32,596 nucleotides of DNA, from NCBI GenBank assembly GCA_964638365.1, contig CAZWZR010000002.1:1-32596 (forward strand). The letters run 5' to 3'. This stretch comes from an uncultured Thermotogae bacterium. Lineage in GTDB: Bacteria > Bipolaricaulota > Bipolaricaulia > M55B111. The stretch's first letter is position 1; each line of letters starts with the position of its first letter. Below the pieces are notes generated by a model that was given only the letters and a program-made list of their open reading frames with translations, had not been told where the DNA came from and ran no database searches. A program made the translations under genes and the position numbers. Below, piece after piece: positions 19,008 to 27,033 of this stretch.

Positions 19008-19946
19008 TTAGTCGGAGCCAGGACTCCTCACATCTATGTCACAGCCGACCAGATCCACCGTCAGCCTAACGTTTTGTCCGTTTTGACCGATAGCGTAGGC
19101 CAGGTCGTCCTTAGGAACGATAACGCGGGCGATTTCCTCGCCCTGCTCGTTCTCCTGAAAGTCTATCGAAAGGACGCTCGCCGGCTCCAGGCTGTTTTTG
19201 ATAAGCCTCTCCCTGTCGTCACTCCAGTGAATGACGTCTATCTTCTCACCGTTGAGCTCATCGGTAATCTCCTTCACCCGCGAACCCCCGGCACCGACGC
19301 AGGTCCCGACCGGGTCAATTTGATCGTCTAGTGACTTTACTGCTACTTTGCTTCGTTTTCCCGGTTCCCTGGCTATTTCAACTATCTCAAGCAGCTCGTC
19401 CTCGATCTCCGGTATTTCTATCTCCATCAGCTTGGCAACGAATTCCTTCTTCGTTCTCGATACCCGAATTTCCAGCCCTCCCGGCTTCTTATCGACGTAG
19501 TAGAGGTAGGCCCTCAGACTATCACCCTGTTCGTACCTCTCACCGGGTATCCTCTCCGAACCGGGAAGCAACCCCTCAACCTCCCCGAGGTTCAGCCAGA
19601 CGTCGCTCCCCTCAAATCGGTGAATGGATCCGTTTACTACCTCTCCTTTCCGCTTCTCGTAGGACTCGTAAACGAGTTCGTTCTGTTTCTCCCGTATCAG
19701 CTGCCTGATTACGTCCTCGGCTTTCTTGGAGGCAATCCTGCCGAATTGACCCAGTTGAATTTGCTCTCCCTCGATGAATATATCCCCGGAATTCTGATCG
19801 ATATTGACGTCTACATCCCGGTTCGTATCGTACTGTTCCTTGTACGCTGCCTTAAGTCCCTGCTCGACCATTTCGTATAACTCGTCCCTCTCTATTCCCT
19901 TATCCTTAGCCATATCCTCAAGCGCTTCGATAAACTCTATGTTCAT
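19008..19946 (-). CDS. nusA: Transcription termination/antitermination factor NusA (short form without C-terminal acidic repeats)
   Basis: 312 aa. It has an N-terminal domain, an S1 domain (GEVVNGSIHRFEGSDVWLNLG) and two KH domains with GxxG loops (GAGGSRVKEI, GQNGQNVRL). It directly follows rimP. Confidence 0.93.
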   Translation of the reverse strand: MNIEFIEALEDMAKDKGIERDELYEMVEQGLKAAYKEQYDTNRDVDVNIDQNSGDIFIEGEQIQLGQFGRIASKKAEDVIRQLIREKQNELVYESYEKRKGEVVNGSIHRFEGSDVWLNLGEVEGLLPGSERIPGERYEQGDSLRAYLYYVDKKPGGLEIRVSRTKKEFVAKLMEIEIPEIEDELLEIVEIAREPGKRSKVAVKSLDDQIDPVGTCVGAGGSRVKEITDELNGEKIDVIHWSDDRERLIKNSLEPASVLSIDFQENEQGEEIARVIVPKDDLAYAIGQNGQNVRLTVDLVGCDIDVRSPGSD

Positions 19947-19963
19947 TAGCTACCCCTCTTGGG

Positions 19964-20437
19964 TCAATCCACCTCTTCATCCTTGATTTTTGTCGTGGCC
20001 TTTGCCACGTTGCTCATCGGAATCTCTAAATCTTCACCTTCGTATTCCAGCTGGAGCTCTTCCCCTTCCCCGTCGTATTCTCGCAGAATTCCAGTTAGCT
20101 CCTTAGTACCTCTTATCTTTCCGTAAGTCTTGATCTCCACAGTGCTATCCACGGCGTCCTTGAAATGGCGCGATTCTATCAGCGGTCGTTCCAGCCCCGG
20201 TGAAGAGACCTGCAGCTCGTATTTCCTGTCGATCAGACCCGAGCCATCCAATCCGGAGGAGATCCGCCGGCTCGCATCGGCACAATCGGCAGTAGTGACG
20301 GGACCACTCTTATCTATCAGTACCTCCAGGACCCATTTCGAGCCCCGTTTCTCCCACCGAAGGAGGTATAACTCCTCTTCTTTATCCCCCAGAGCCTGAC
20401 TCACTGTATTTTCCAGCCTTTCTTTTTTCTTGCTCAT
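19964..20437 (-). CDS. rimP: Ribosome maturation factor RimP
   Basis: 157 aa with the LQVSSPGLERPL motif. The rimP-nusA gene order is conserved. Confidence 0.88.
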   Translation of the reverse strand: MSKKKERLENTVSQALGDKEEELYLLRWEKRGSKWVLEVLIDKSGPVTTADCADASRRISSGLDGSGLIDRKYELQVSSPGLERPLIESRHFKDAVDSTVEIKTYGKIRGTKELTGILREYDGEGEELQLEYEGEDLEIPMSNVAKATTKIKDEEVD

Positions 20438-20449
20438 AACCTGCAGGCT

Positions 20450-20478
20450 ATTATATCAGAATGCCGGTAGCAACTCAA
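20450..20478 (-). promoter_or_regulatory. Candidate promoter of rimP-nusA, giving a near-leaderless transcript
   Basis: The minus strand reads TTGAGT-17 nt-TATAAT. Only 12 nt separate the -10 from the rimP ATG, and there is no SD in between. Confidence 0.4.
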
Positions 20479-20620
20479 CTTTAACGGAAATCACCCTGGG
20501 ATCGTAGACGTTACTCCACCGGTTTCAGTCATATTTCCACAATGGGGCTCGCTGGCTTCAAAACGATTAGACCTCACATAGGTTGATTTTCGAATCGCGA
20601 GGAAAGACCATTACTCTGTT

Positions 20621-21532
20621 ATGTCTATATCCAGAGAATTCGTCGTCCGGAAAGAGGAGAAAGGGGAAAGAATCGACAAGCTCCTGGCGGAGCTCCTCGC
20701 GGACCTGTCGCGGAGTAAATGGCAGGAGCTAATCCGGGGAGGCCATGTCAGAGTTGCCGGAGCGACGAAAAAACCGAGCTACCAGGTAAAACCCGGAGAC
20801 GGGATCGAGATAGAAATACCGGAAAGCGCCGACTCCGACGAGCTGGTAGCTCAGGATCTACCACTGGACGTAGTTTACGAGGACGAAACTCTCCTTGGGG
20901 TAAACAAACCCAGCCCGATGGTCGTTCATCCGGGACCCGGGCACGAAAAAGGAACCCTGGCGAACGCCTTGATAAATCGTTATCCCGAATTACCCGAGCT
21001 TCCGAAAACGAATCGTCCGGGAATAGTTCACCGTCTCGATAAGGATACGAGCGGCGTCCTTGCAGTTGCCCGGTCCGAAACCGCCTTCAGGAAGCTGAAA
21101 GCGCAGTTCAAGGAGAGAGAGGTCGGAAAAGTATACCTTGCCCTGGTGGCCGGAAACTTCAAGGAAGAAGCCGGCATGATCGACGCGCCGGTCGGCAGGA
21201 GCTCAAAGGACAAGACGAAAATGACCGTCAAGCTAGGAGGCAAGGAAGCCCAAACCAGGTTCAGGGTTCTCAAGGAATACGAGGACTCCAGCCTGTTAGA
21301 AGTCCGCCCCCAAACCGGCAGAACTCATCAGATCAGAGTCCACATGGTCTATATCGACCACCGCATAATCGGCGATAGTTACTACGGCGGGAGAGAGGGC
21401 GAGAGGTTGATGCTCCATTCCCGGAGTTTGACCGTAAGGCACCCGGAAAACGGCGAGAACCTTACGTTAACGGCTCCGCTACCGGAGGAGTTTGCGAAAC
21501 TGACCCGCGGAGAGGCAGAGGGGAACCAATAG
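20621..21532 (+). CDS. rluD: RluA/RluD-family 23S rRNA pseudouridine synthase
   Basis: 303 aa. N-terminal S4 domain, catalytic HRLDKDTSGVL, and GRTHQIRVH. Confidence 0.9.
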   Translation: MSISREFVVRKEEKGERIDKLLAELLADLSRSKWQELIRGGHVRVAGATKKPSYQVKPGDGIEIEIPESADSDELVAQDLPLDVVYEDETLLGVNKPSPMVVHPGPGHEKGTLANALINRYPELPELPKTNRPGIVHRLDKDTSGVLAVARSETAFRKLKAQFKEREVGKVYLALVAGNFKEEAGMIDAPVGRSSKDKTKMTVKLGGKEAQTRFRVLKEYEDSSLLEVRPQTGRTHQIRVHMVYIDHRIIGDSYYGGREGERLMLHSRSLTVRHPENGENLTLTAPLPEEFAKLTRGEAEGNQ

Positions 21533-21566
21533 GCCACTGGTTCGGAACTTAAACCTCGGGCGAACC

Positions 21567-22091
21567 TTACTGATTACTGCGGGTCCAGGAGCCCTGCCTG
21601 CGAGTCCCCATCGTAAAATAAACCACCGCGGAAGCATAAGAAGTCGCTATCCCGAGGTAAATGAAGTAGAGTGCGTAAGGCAGGTTGAAGAAAACCGCGA
21701 TCAACCCGAGCGTTATGAGGGCGGAGCTCGACTTGCCCCAGGCATTGGCGGAGATAACTTCTCCTGCCTGAGTGTAAAGAACCCCACCACCAACTATCAG
21801 CGCGGAATAGGGTACCAAAAGCAGGAAGAAGGCAATAACGGGAATTTCACCGACCCAGGTATAGAAACCGAAAAGCGAAAGGAAAAGGGCCTTGTCCGCG
21901 ACGGGGTCGAGCACCTCTCCCAGAACGGTAGTCTGACCGAAATTTCGGGCAATCAAACCGTCGATGAGATCGCTGACAAGGGCCAGACCCAGCAGGATGA
22001 GTGCCAGTGTGGTCTTCCCGGAGGCCAGGGCGTAGATGATAAAGGGAAGAACGATCAGTCTGATCGAAGTAATCAAGTTGGCTATATTCAT
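21567..22091 (-). CDS. CDP-alcohol phosphatidyltransferase (PgsA-like)
   Basis: DLIDGLIARNFGQTTVLGEVLDPVAD is a perfect match to D(x)2DG(x)2AR(x)8G(x)3D(x)3D. The 174-aa protein is multi-TM. Confidence 0.85.
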   Translation of the reverse strand: MNIANLITSIRLIVLPFIIYALASGKTTLALILLGLALVSDLIDGLIARNFGQTTVLGEVLDPVADKALFLSLFGFYTWVGEIPVIAFFLLLVPYSALIVGGGVLYTQAGEVISANAWGKSSSALITLGLIAVFFNLPYALYFIYLGIATSYASAVVYFTMGTRRQGSWTRSNQ

Positions 22092-22099
22092 CAGGGGGA

Positions 22100-22128
22100 A
22101 TAATAACTACCCGCCCAGGGCTTTGCAA
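22100..22128 (-). promoter_or_regulatory. Candidate promoter of the phosphatidyltransferase gene (leaderless-type)
   Basis: The minus strand reads TTGCAA-17 nt-TATTAT. The -10 ends 8 nt before the ATG, and there is no SD. Confidence 0.35.
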
Positions 22129-22202
22129 ACCTTTGTCATATTTGCTCGACGCGCCCGGTTCACTTAAGATTAAGTTTACAAAAATCCCCGGAGGTAATTT
22201 GG

Positions 22203-22739
22203 ATGATACTGAACGACGAGGAAATCGCGGAGGTACAGCCCGTAACACCGTTCGAAGAAGATTTACAGGACGACGGGAGGATTAGTTACGGCCTTGGTGC
22301 TTTCGGATACGACATAAGAATAGACGATGAGTTCAGGATTTTTACGGACGTTCATTCAACCGAGATCGACCCCAAGAACTTCGACGAGGAGGCTTTCGTG
22401 CGGGTCAGGGATGAAAGCTGTCTAATCCCACCGAACTCGTTTTGCCTCGGCAAATCGCTGGAGAAATTCGAAATGCCAGACGACCTCTTCGGACTGGTAG
22501 TCGGTAAGAGCACCTACGCACGTTGTGGGATAATCGTGAACATGACTCCGATCGAGCCCGGCTGGACCGGTTATCTGACGATCGAAATATCCAATACCAC
22601 TCCCCTGCCGGCGAGGATCTACGCGGACGAAGGTATCGCCCAGGTCGTCTTCTTTCGGGGAGAACGCCCCCGCGTGACTTACGGGGATCGGAACGGTAAG
22701 TACCAGGACCAGGAAGGAATAGAGGTGGCAAAGATATGA
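22203..22739 (+). CDS. dcd: dCTP deaminase (dUTPase-fold; possibly a bifunctional dCTP deaminase/dUTPase)
   Basis: 178 aa. GKSTYARCGIIVNMTPIEPGWTGYLTIEISN is the characteristic Dcd core. GGAGG lies upstream. Confidence 0.88.
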   Translation: MILNDEEIAEVQPVTPFEEDLQDDGRISYGLGAFGYDIRIDDEFRIFTDVHSTEIDPKNFDEEAFVRVRDESCLIPPNSFCLGKSLEKFEMPDDLFGLVVGKSTYARCGIIVNMTPIEPGWTGYLTIEISNTTPLPARIYADEGIAQVVFFRGERPRVTYGDRNGKYQDQEGIEVAKI

Positions 22740-23338
22740 AAACACGGTTGATCAACGTAACGGAAGATCCGGAAACGAGTATCGCACGTGCGGCAAGGAT
22801 ATCGCACCAGACCTCCGGAGCCGAGGGTGATTACTCACAGGAGGAGGACAGGGAATTAATTAGGAAACTCAGACAACGGGGCCACTGGTCTCCCTTCGAG
22901 TTCGCGAGCGCAACTTTCTACATCGAGGGAGTCAGCAGGAGCTGCCTGGCCCAGCTTACCAGACACAGGCTGGCCAGCTTCATGGTTAGATCGATGCGCT
23001 ACGTGAAACAGCAACCCGAGGAAGTCGTTGTGCCCGAATCCGTAGAGAATGCAGGGCTTACCGAAGAATACAGGGAAAAATTCGAGGAGCTGTACGAGCT
23101 CTACCAGAAGTCCATAGAGGCAGGAGTTCCCAAGGAAGACGCCAGGTTTCTCCTGCCGATAGGGAGCAAGACCTCTCTTTACCTGAAGGCGAATTTCAGG
23201 GAGTTCCGCCATATCATAGATCTGCGGGGCTCGAAAGAGGCCCAGTGGGAAATACGGGAGCTGGCCCAGAGGTTCCACGGGGAACTGGAGAAAATCGCAC
23301 CCACCGTATTCGAAGACCTGGATACTAACGCCGACTGA
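22736..23338 (+). CDS. thyX: Flavin-dependent thymidylate synthase ThyX
   Basis: ThyX signature RHR-x7-S (RHRLASFMVRS). The ATG overlaps the dcd TGA (ATGA). Confidence 0.92.
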   Translation: MKTRLINVTEDPETSIARAARISHQTSGAEGDYSQEEDRELIRKLRQRGHWSPFEFASATFYIEGVSRSCLAQLTRHRLASFMVRSMRYVKQQPEEVVVPESVENAGLTEEYREKFEELYELYQKSIEAGVPKEDARFLLPIGSKTSLYLKANFREFRHIIDLRGSKEAQWEIRELAQRFHGELEKIAPTVFEDLDTNAD

Positions 23339-23401
23339 GCCCGACGGATAGATTGCAAACTCTCCACGTATCCGTTATAAAGGCTATTGCAGGAGGCAAA
23401 T

Positions 23402-25216
23402 GTGAAAAAGCTACATATTAGCGACGATCTGGACTTCAAACTGGATGAGATCATCGGCAAGTGCATTGGAATACTCGGGATCAGGGGTTCCGGTAAGTCC
23501 AACACAGCCGGTGTCATCTTTGAAGAACTGCTCAAACACAATTACCCCCTCACGGTGGTTGATATCGACGGGGAGTACTTCGGGTTGAAGGAGGAATACG
23601 AGCTCCTCGTCATCGGTGAGGGGAAGAACGTCGATATCAACATCGAACCCGAAGACGCCCCCCAGGTCGCCGAGATAAGTCTAAAGGAAAGTATCCCGGT
23701 CATACTCGACCTCAGCGGCTACCTCAAGGAAGATCAGCACGAGATGCTGAAGCACTACTTTACGGCCCTGTGGAACTGGGCGGGCAAACTCCGGAAACCT
23801 TACATGATCGGGATCGAGGAATCTCATGAATTCATCCCTCAGGGCAAGAAAAACGAACTCAAGGAGATAATTACCCGGTTATCCCTGCGTGGTCGAAAGC
23901 GGGGTCTCGGCGCGGTCATCATCTCACAGAGAAGTGCCAAGGTCGAGAAGGACGTCCTGACCCAGGCCGGAATGCTCTTTTTGCACCGCGTCGTCCACGA
24001 GGCCGACATGAAGGTCTACAATGACCTCCTGCCGTGGAAGAAGGGCAAGGTAAGGGACAAGGTAAATAAGCTGGAGACGGGTGATTGTATCTACCTGGAC
24101 GAAAAGGAGACCAAGGAGATTTACGTCCGGGAACGTTCGACCTTCCACGCCGGCTTTACTCCATCTCTGGATACTGTGGAAACCCCTCAGCTAAAACAGG
24201 TCGGGGAAAGCATAATAGACGCCATCGAGGAGGCAAAGAAGCAGGGGAAACGAAAGAAAAGCCGGGTGGACCAGCTGGAGGAACAGGTCGAGGAGCTGCA
24301 GGCAGAACTGGAGGAAAAAACCGAAAAGGTAAAAGAATTAAAGAGAACGGCAGAAACTCTCGGTTACATCGAGGTCGACGCCGAGACTCCCGAACTTCCA
24401 GAAGTCCATAACGTATCAAAGGCAGTGATCGAATCCCTGGAAATCGCCGACGTGATAAAAGATGGAGAAAAAGAAGAGGCATTACAGACGATAGCAGACA
24501 CCCTGGCGGAAAATACTAACGAGGGTGCCGGTAGAGGAGGTGAAGAGGAAAATATCGACAAAGTGGAAAGAAATATTCCCGACTTCGCCGAACTCGGTAA
24601 AGAGGAAGAAGGGGAATCCGAGATTGAAGAACCGGGGGAAAGTGAACAGAAGGAGGAACCGCGGGCTTCGACCTTCGGAGTTCCATACGAGAGGGACGAG
24701 GAAAAGGAGAAATCGCAACAGATGGGTCCCACCAAAGAGGAGTTCTCGAAGTTGCCGGAGGCCATAAGGCAGGAGACAAACTACGTTATAGGTAAAACCC
24801 AGCGGTTCAGCAGTCTCGAGAGGAAGATACTTGCCTTCCTCGTCAGCCATAGACCCCACTCCTACAGCGTCGATCAGATCAGCGCCTGGTTGAAGAAACC
24901 TAATGGACTTTTACTTTCAAAACGTCCCACCAACCTGCTCGACCTCGGTTTGATCGTCAGGGAAAACAGGTCGACCGGTCTCCACTACCGCGCCAACCTG
25001 AAGGGTTTCGTCGAGAAGGAATTTTCGATTTACGAACCCGACCTGGGACCACGAGAAAGACATATCGTCATTGACAAACTCAAGTCGGAATTTACCAGGC
25101 CATTGAGATCAGGTGGGAAGGAGAGAAAGGAGAAATCGCAGAGTATAAAGTTAACGGACCAGCCAAGCGGAAAGTTCAGGGATGGAAACCTCTATGAGAG
25201 GAGAGGTTCGTCCTAG
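23402..25216 (+). CDS. HerA/FtsK-superfamily P-loop ATPase fused to a coiled coil, an acidic disordered linker and a C-terminal winged-helix-like domain
   Basis: Residue numbers follow the track ORF starting at 23387.
- Walker A: GIRGSGKS (residues 31-38).
- Walker B: YMIGIEESHEF (139-149).
- GRKRGLGAVIISQRSAKVEKDVLTQ is typical of DUF87/HerA-type ATPases.
- A heptad-like E/K/L stretch spans about 285-325.
- A D/E-rich segment spans about 355-450.
- A predicted wHTH spans about 475-540 (ERKILAFLVSH..SVDQISAWL..LLDLGLIVRE).

I prefer the GTG at 23402, 5 nt after GGAGG. The track start is the TTG at 23387. Confidence 0.8.
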   Translation: MKKLHISDDLDFKLDEIIGKCIGILGIRGSGKSNTAGVIFEELLKHNYPLTVVDIDGEYFGLKEEYELLVIGEGKNVDINIEPEDAPQVAEISLKESIPVILDLSGYLKEDQHEMLKHYFTALWNWAGKLRKPYMIGIEESHEFIPQGKKNELKEIITRLSLRGRKRGLGAVIISQRSAKVEKDVLTQAGMLFLHRVVHEADMKVYNDLLPWKKGKVRDKVNKLETGDCIYLDEKETKEIYVRERSTFHAGFTPSLDTVETPQLKQVGESIIDAIEEAKKQGKRKKSRVDQLEEQVEELQAELEEKTEKVKELKRTAETLGYIEVDAETPELPEVHNVSKAVIESLEIADVIKDGEKEEALQTIADTLAENTNEGAGRGGEEENIDKVERNIPDFAELGKEEEGESEIEEPGESEQKEEPRASTFGVPYERDEEKEKSQQMGPTKEEFSKLPEAIRQETNYVIGKTQRFSSLERKILAFLVSHRPHSYSVDQISAWLKKPNGLLLSKRPTNLLDLGLIVRENRSTGLHYRANLKGFVEKEFSIYEPDLGPRERHIVIDKLKSEFTRPLRSGGKERKEKSQSIKLTDQPSGKFRDGNLYERRGSS

Positions 25217-25303
25217 CCGACTTTCGGAATAGGAGGGTTGGATCCGATTTTACCTGTAAAAGCCTGTTACTGGTAAAAAAGGACTATAAATTTATCCAGA
25301 AAC

Positions 25304-25332
25304 TTGAGAACTACCCGATAAGCCCGTAGAAT
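25304..25332 (+). promoter_or_regulatory. Candidate promoter of hup
   Basis: TTGAGA-17 nt-TAGAAT, about 95 nt upstream of the hup ATG. Confidence 0.4.
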
Positions 25333-25425
25333 TGGGATTTGTAATGGTATAGATGGTAAAGAGATTGGAAGAATTTTCATCTTCCAGTAAATCAATTTTT
25401 ATTCACTTTAAAAGGAGGTTTTTCG

Positions 25426-25743
25426 ATGAACAAAGGCGAATTGGTCGACAGTATCTACCGGAATTCCGATTGCACGAAGCAGGAGTGTCGCGATCTGGTG
25501 AATCAGGTAGTTGACGTCATCACGGACGAGGTAGCGAAAGGCGAGGCAGTAAGGCTGGTAAACTTCGGAACCTTTAAACCCAATCCAAGAAAATCTACGG
25601 TAAAGAGACATCCCCAGACGGGAGAGAAAATAGACGTACCCAGCAAGGTTACTCCCAAGTTCTCACCCGGCAAGGGCTTCAGCGAGAAAGTTCAGGAAAA
25701 CTTAGAGGCAACGGACGACGGAGAATCCTTTAAGGAGAAGTAA
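25426..25743 (+). CDS. hup: HU-family nucleoid-associated DNA-binding protein with a short acidic tail
   Basis: MNKGELVDSI... followed by the beta-arm RKSTVKRHPQTGEKIDVPSKVTPKFSPGKGF. Strong AAGGAGG RBS. At 105 aa it is about 15 residues longer than typical HU, and the extra residues are D/E-rich. Confidence 0.92.
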   Translation: MNKGELVDSIYRNSDCTKQECRDLVNQVVDVITDEVAKGEAVRLVNFGTFKPNPRKSTVKRHPQTGEKIDVPSKVTPKFSPGKGFSEKVQENLEATDDGESFKEK

Positions 25744-25834
25744 AAACCCACCGGAGCAACCGTTTACCCTACATATCGTTAGTTTGATCCCACTTTAAAG
25801 GTTTAAGGTTTCCTATGAGAGGGATAAGCAAGAG

Positions 25835-26842
25835 ATGCCAGCACTGGATGAGCTTCTAAGCAGGACTGAAGAGGTAAAGAAAAAATCCAGAGAAGAACTG
25901 GAAGAGGCCGAGTCGCTTCAGGAGTGTGAAGAGGTCCGGGTAAAGTACCTGGGACGAAGCGGGGAAGTTCAGGACCTATTCGAGCAACTGGGGGAACTGG
26001 CCGACGAGGACAAGGCGGAGGCCGGAAAGGCCATAAACCAGTTAAAGTCCTCGCTGGAAGAAGAGATAGAAAGCAAGAAGGAAAAGTTCGAGCAGCTAAA
26101 AAAGGAAAAACAGTTACAAGAAGAAAGCCTCGACGTTACCCTCCCCGGAAGAAGGCGGGGGGTAGGGAAGAGGCACGTGCTAACTCAGGTTAGCAACGAA
26201 CTAACCGGTATCTTCCAGCGGATGGGTTTTTCCCTGGCCCTTGGCCCCGAGATCGAGTCCGACTACTACAACTTCGAAGCTTTAAACATCCCGGAACTCC
26301 ACCCGGCACGGGACGAATGGGATTCGCTTTACGTGGACGATAACCACCTCCTTAGAACTCATACCTCTCCCGTACAAATCAGGGAGATGGAGAAACAGGA
26401 CCCACCGGTAAAGATAATCTGTCCAGGTAAGTGCTATCGGAGGGACACTCCTGACGCGACTCATTACCCGGTCTTTCATCAGGTCGAGCTCCTCTGGGTT
26501 GACGACGAACTCACGTTCGCCAACCTGAAATACATTATCAGGACCTTCGTCGAGGAGTTCTTCGGCACCGAGTTCTCAATGCGGTTCAGGGCGGACTACT
26601 TCCCGTTTACCGAACCGAGCGCCGAGGTCGATATTCGCCCGCCCGACGGAGATGACTGGATGGAAATAATGGGATCGGGAATGGTGGATCCAAGCGTTCT
26701 CAAAGCCGTGGATTACGACCCGGAACGGTATCAGGGGTTTGCGCTCGGTCTGGGTGTAGATAGGATGGCCATGCTGAAGTACGGAATAGACGACATCAGG
26801 CACTTCTACAGGAACGACTTAAGGTTTCTGGAGCAATTCTAA
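25835..26842 (+). CDS. pheS: Phenylalanyl-tRNA synthetase alpha subunit
   Basis: N-terminal coiled coil. Class II motifs FRADYFPFTEPSAEVD and GFALGLGVDRMAMLKYGI. Confidence 0.95.
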   Translation: MPALDELLSRTEEVKKKSREELEEAESLQECEEVRVKYLGRSGEVQDLFEQLGELADEDKAEAGKAINQLKSSLEEEIESKKEKFEQLKKEKQLQEESLDVTLPGRRRGVGKRHVLTQVSNELTGIFQRMGFSLALGPEIESDYYNFEALNIPELHPARDEWDSLYVDDNHLLRTHTSPVQIREMEKQDPPVKIICPGKCYRRDTPDATHYPVFHQVELLWVDDELTFANLKYIIRTFVEEFFGTEFSMRFRADYFPFTEPSAEVDIRPPDGDDWMEIMGSGMVDPSVLKAVDYDPERYQGFALGLGVDRMAMLKYGIDDIRHFYRNDLRFLEQF

Positions 26843-26892
26843 GCTAGGCGCGCCTCGCAAGCAGTCTTTAACCTGAGAGTCGGTTCAACTCG

Positions 26893-26915
26893 TCCTCCCC
26901 CAACATGGGGGAGGA
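26893..26915. repeat. G5/C5-core hairpin repeat copy; probable bidirectional terminator between pheS and glmS
   Basis: TCCTCCCCC-AACAT-GGGGGAGGA forms a 9-bp perfect stem identical to the stem at 31620-31642. It lies 50 nt after the pheS stop and about 118 nt after the glmS stop. The U-tracts are weak (ATAATTT on the plus strand). Confidence 0.55.
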
Positions 26916-27033
26916 ATAATTTCATGACAACTCACACCGGATATTCTCCCGCAACCCATAAGCAGGTAACGCTTAATTCTTCACCACCACAAACCTTTGA
27001 TAGGGACCGAACTCCAGGAAACCAGAACCCAAT

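Noticed and set aside
21539-21566. The inverted repeat GGTTCG-N16-CGAACC between convergent rluD and the phosphatidyltransferase gene, considered as a bidirectional terminator.
   Set aside because: It has only a 6-bp stem with a 16-nt loop and no U-tract on either side. That is too weak to call.
21847-22248. A 133-aa minus-strand ORF overlapping the phosphatidyltransferase N-terminus and the dcd start.
   Set aside because: It is out of frame with the motif-bearing gene and R/P-rich. It would span a divergent promoter region.
22203-22739. The possibility that dcd is an anti-phage dCTP-deaminase defence gene.
   Set aside because: The protein is a minimal 178-aa housekeeping-type Dcd. It overlaps thyX in a biosynthetic pair. 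It lacks the extra N-terminal domains described for defensive dCTP deaminases.
24085-24859. A region where nearly all six frames are open, with six overlapping track ORFs.
   Set aside because: It is caused by the purine-rich (GA) coding strand of the E/K/G-rich linker of the ATPase fusion. T is scarce on one strand and A on the other, so stop codons are rare in every frame. This is not evidence for overlapping genes.
26871-26895. A tRNA-like GGTTCAA T-loop motif. A similar TTCGAATC string occurs at about 20596-20603.
   Set aside because: The flanking sequence cannot form a T-stem, acceptor stem or anticodon arm. I saw no cloverleaf in any spacer.
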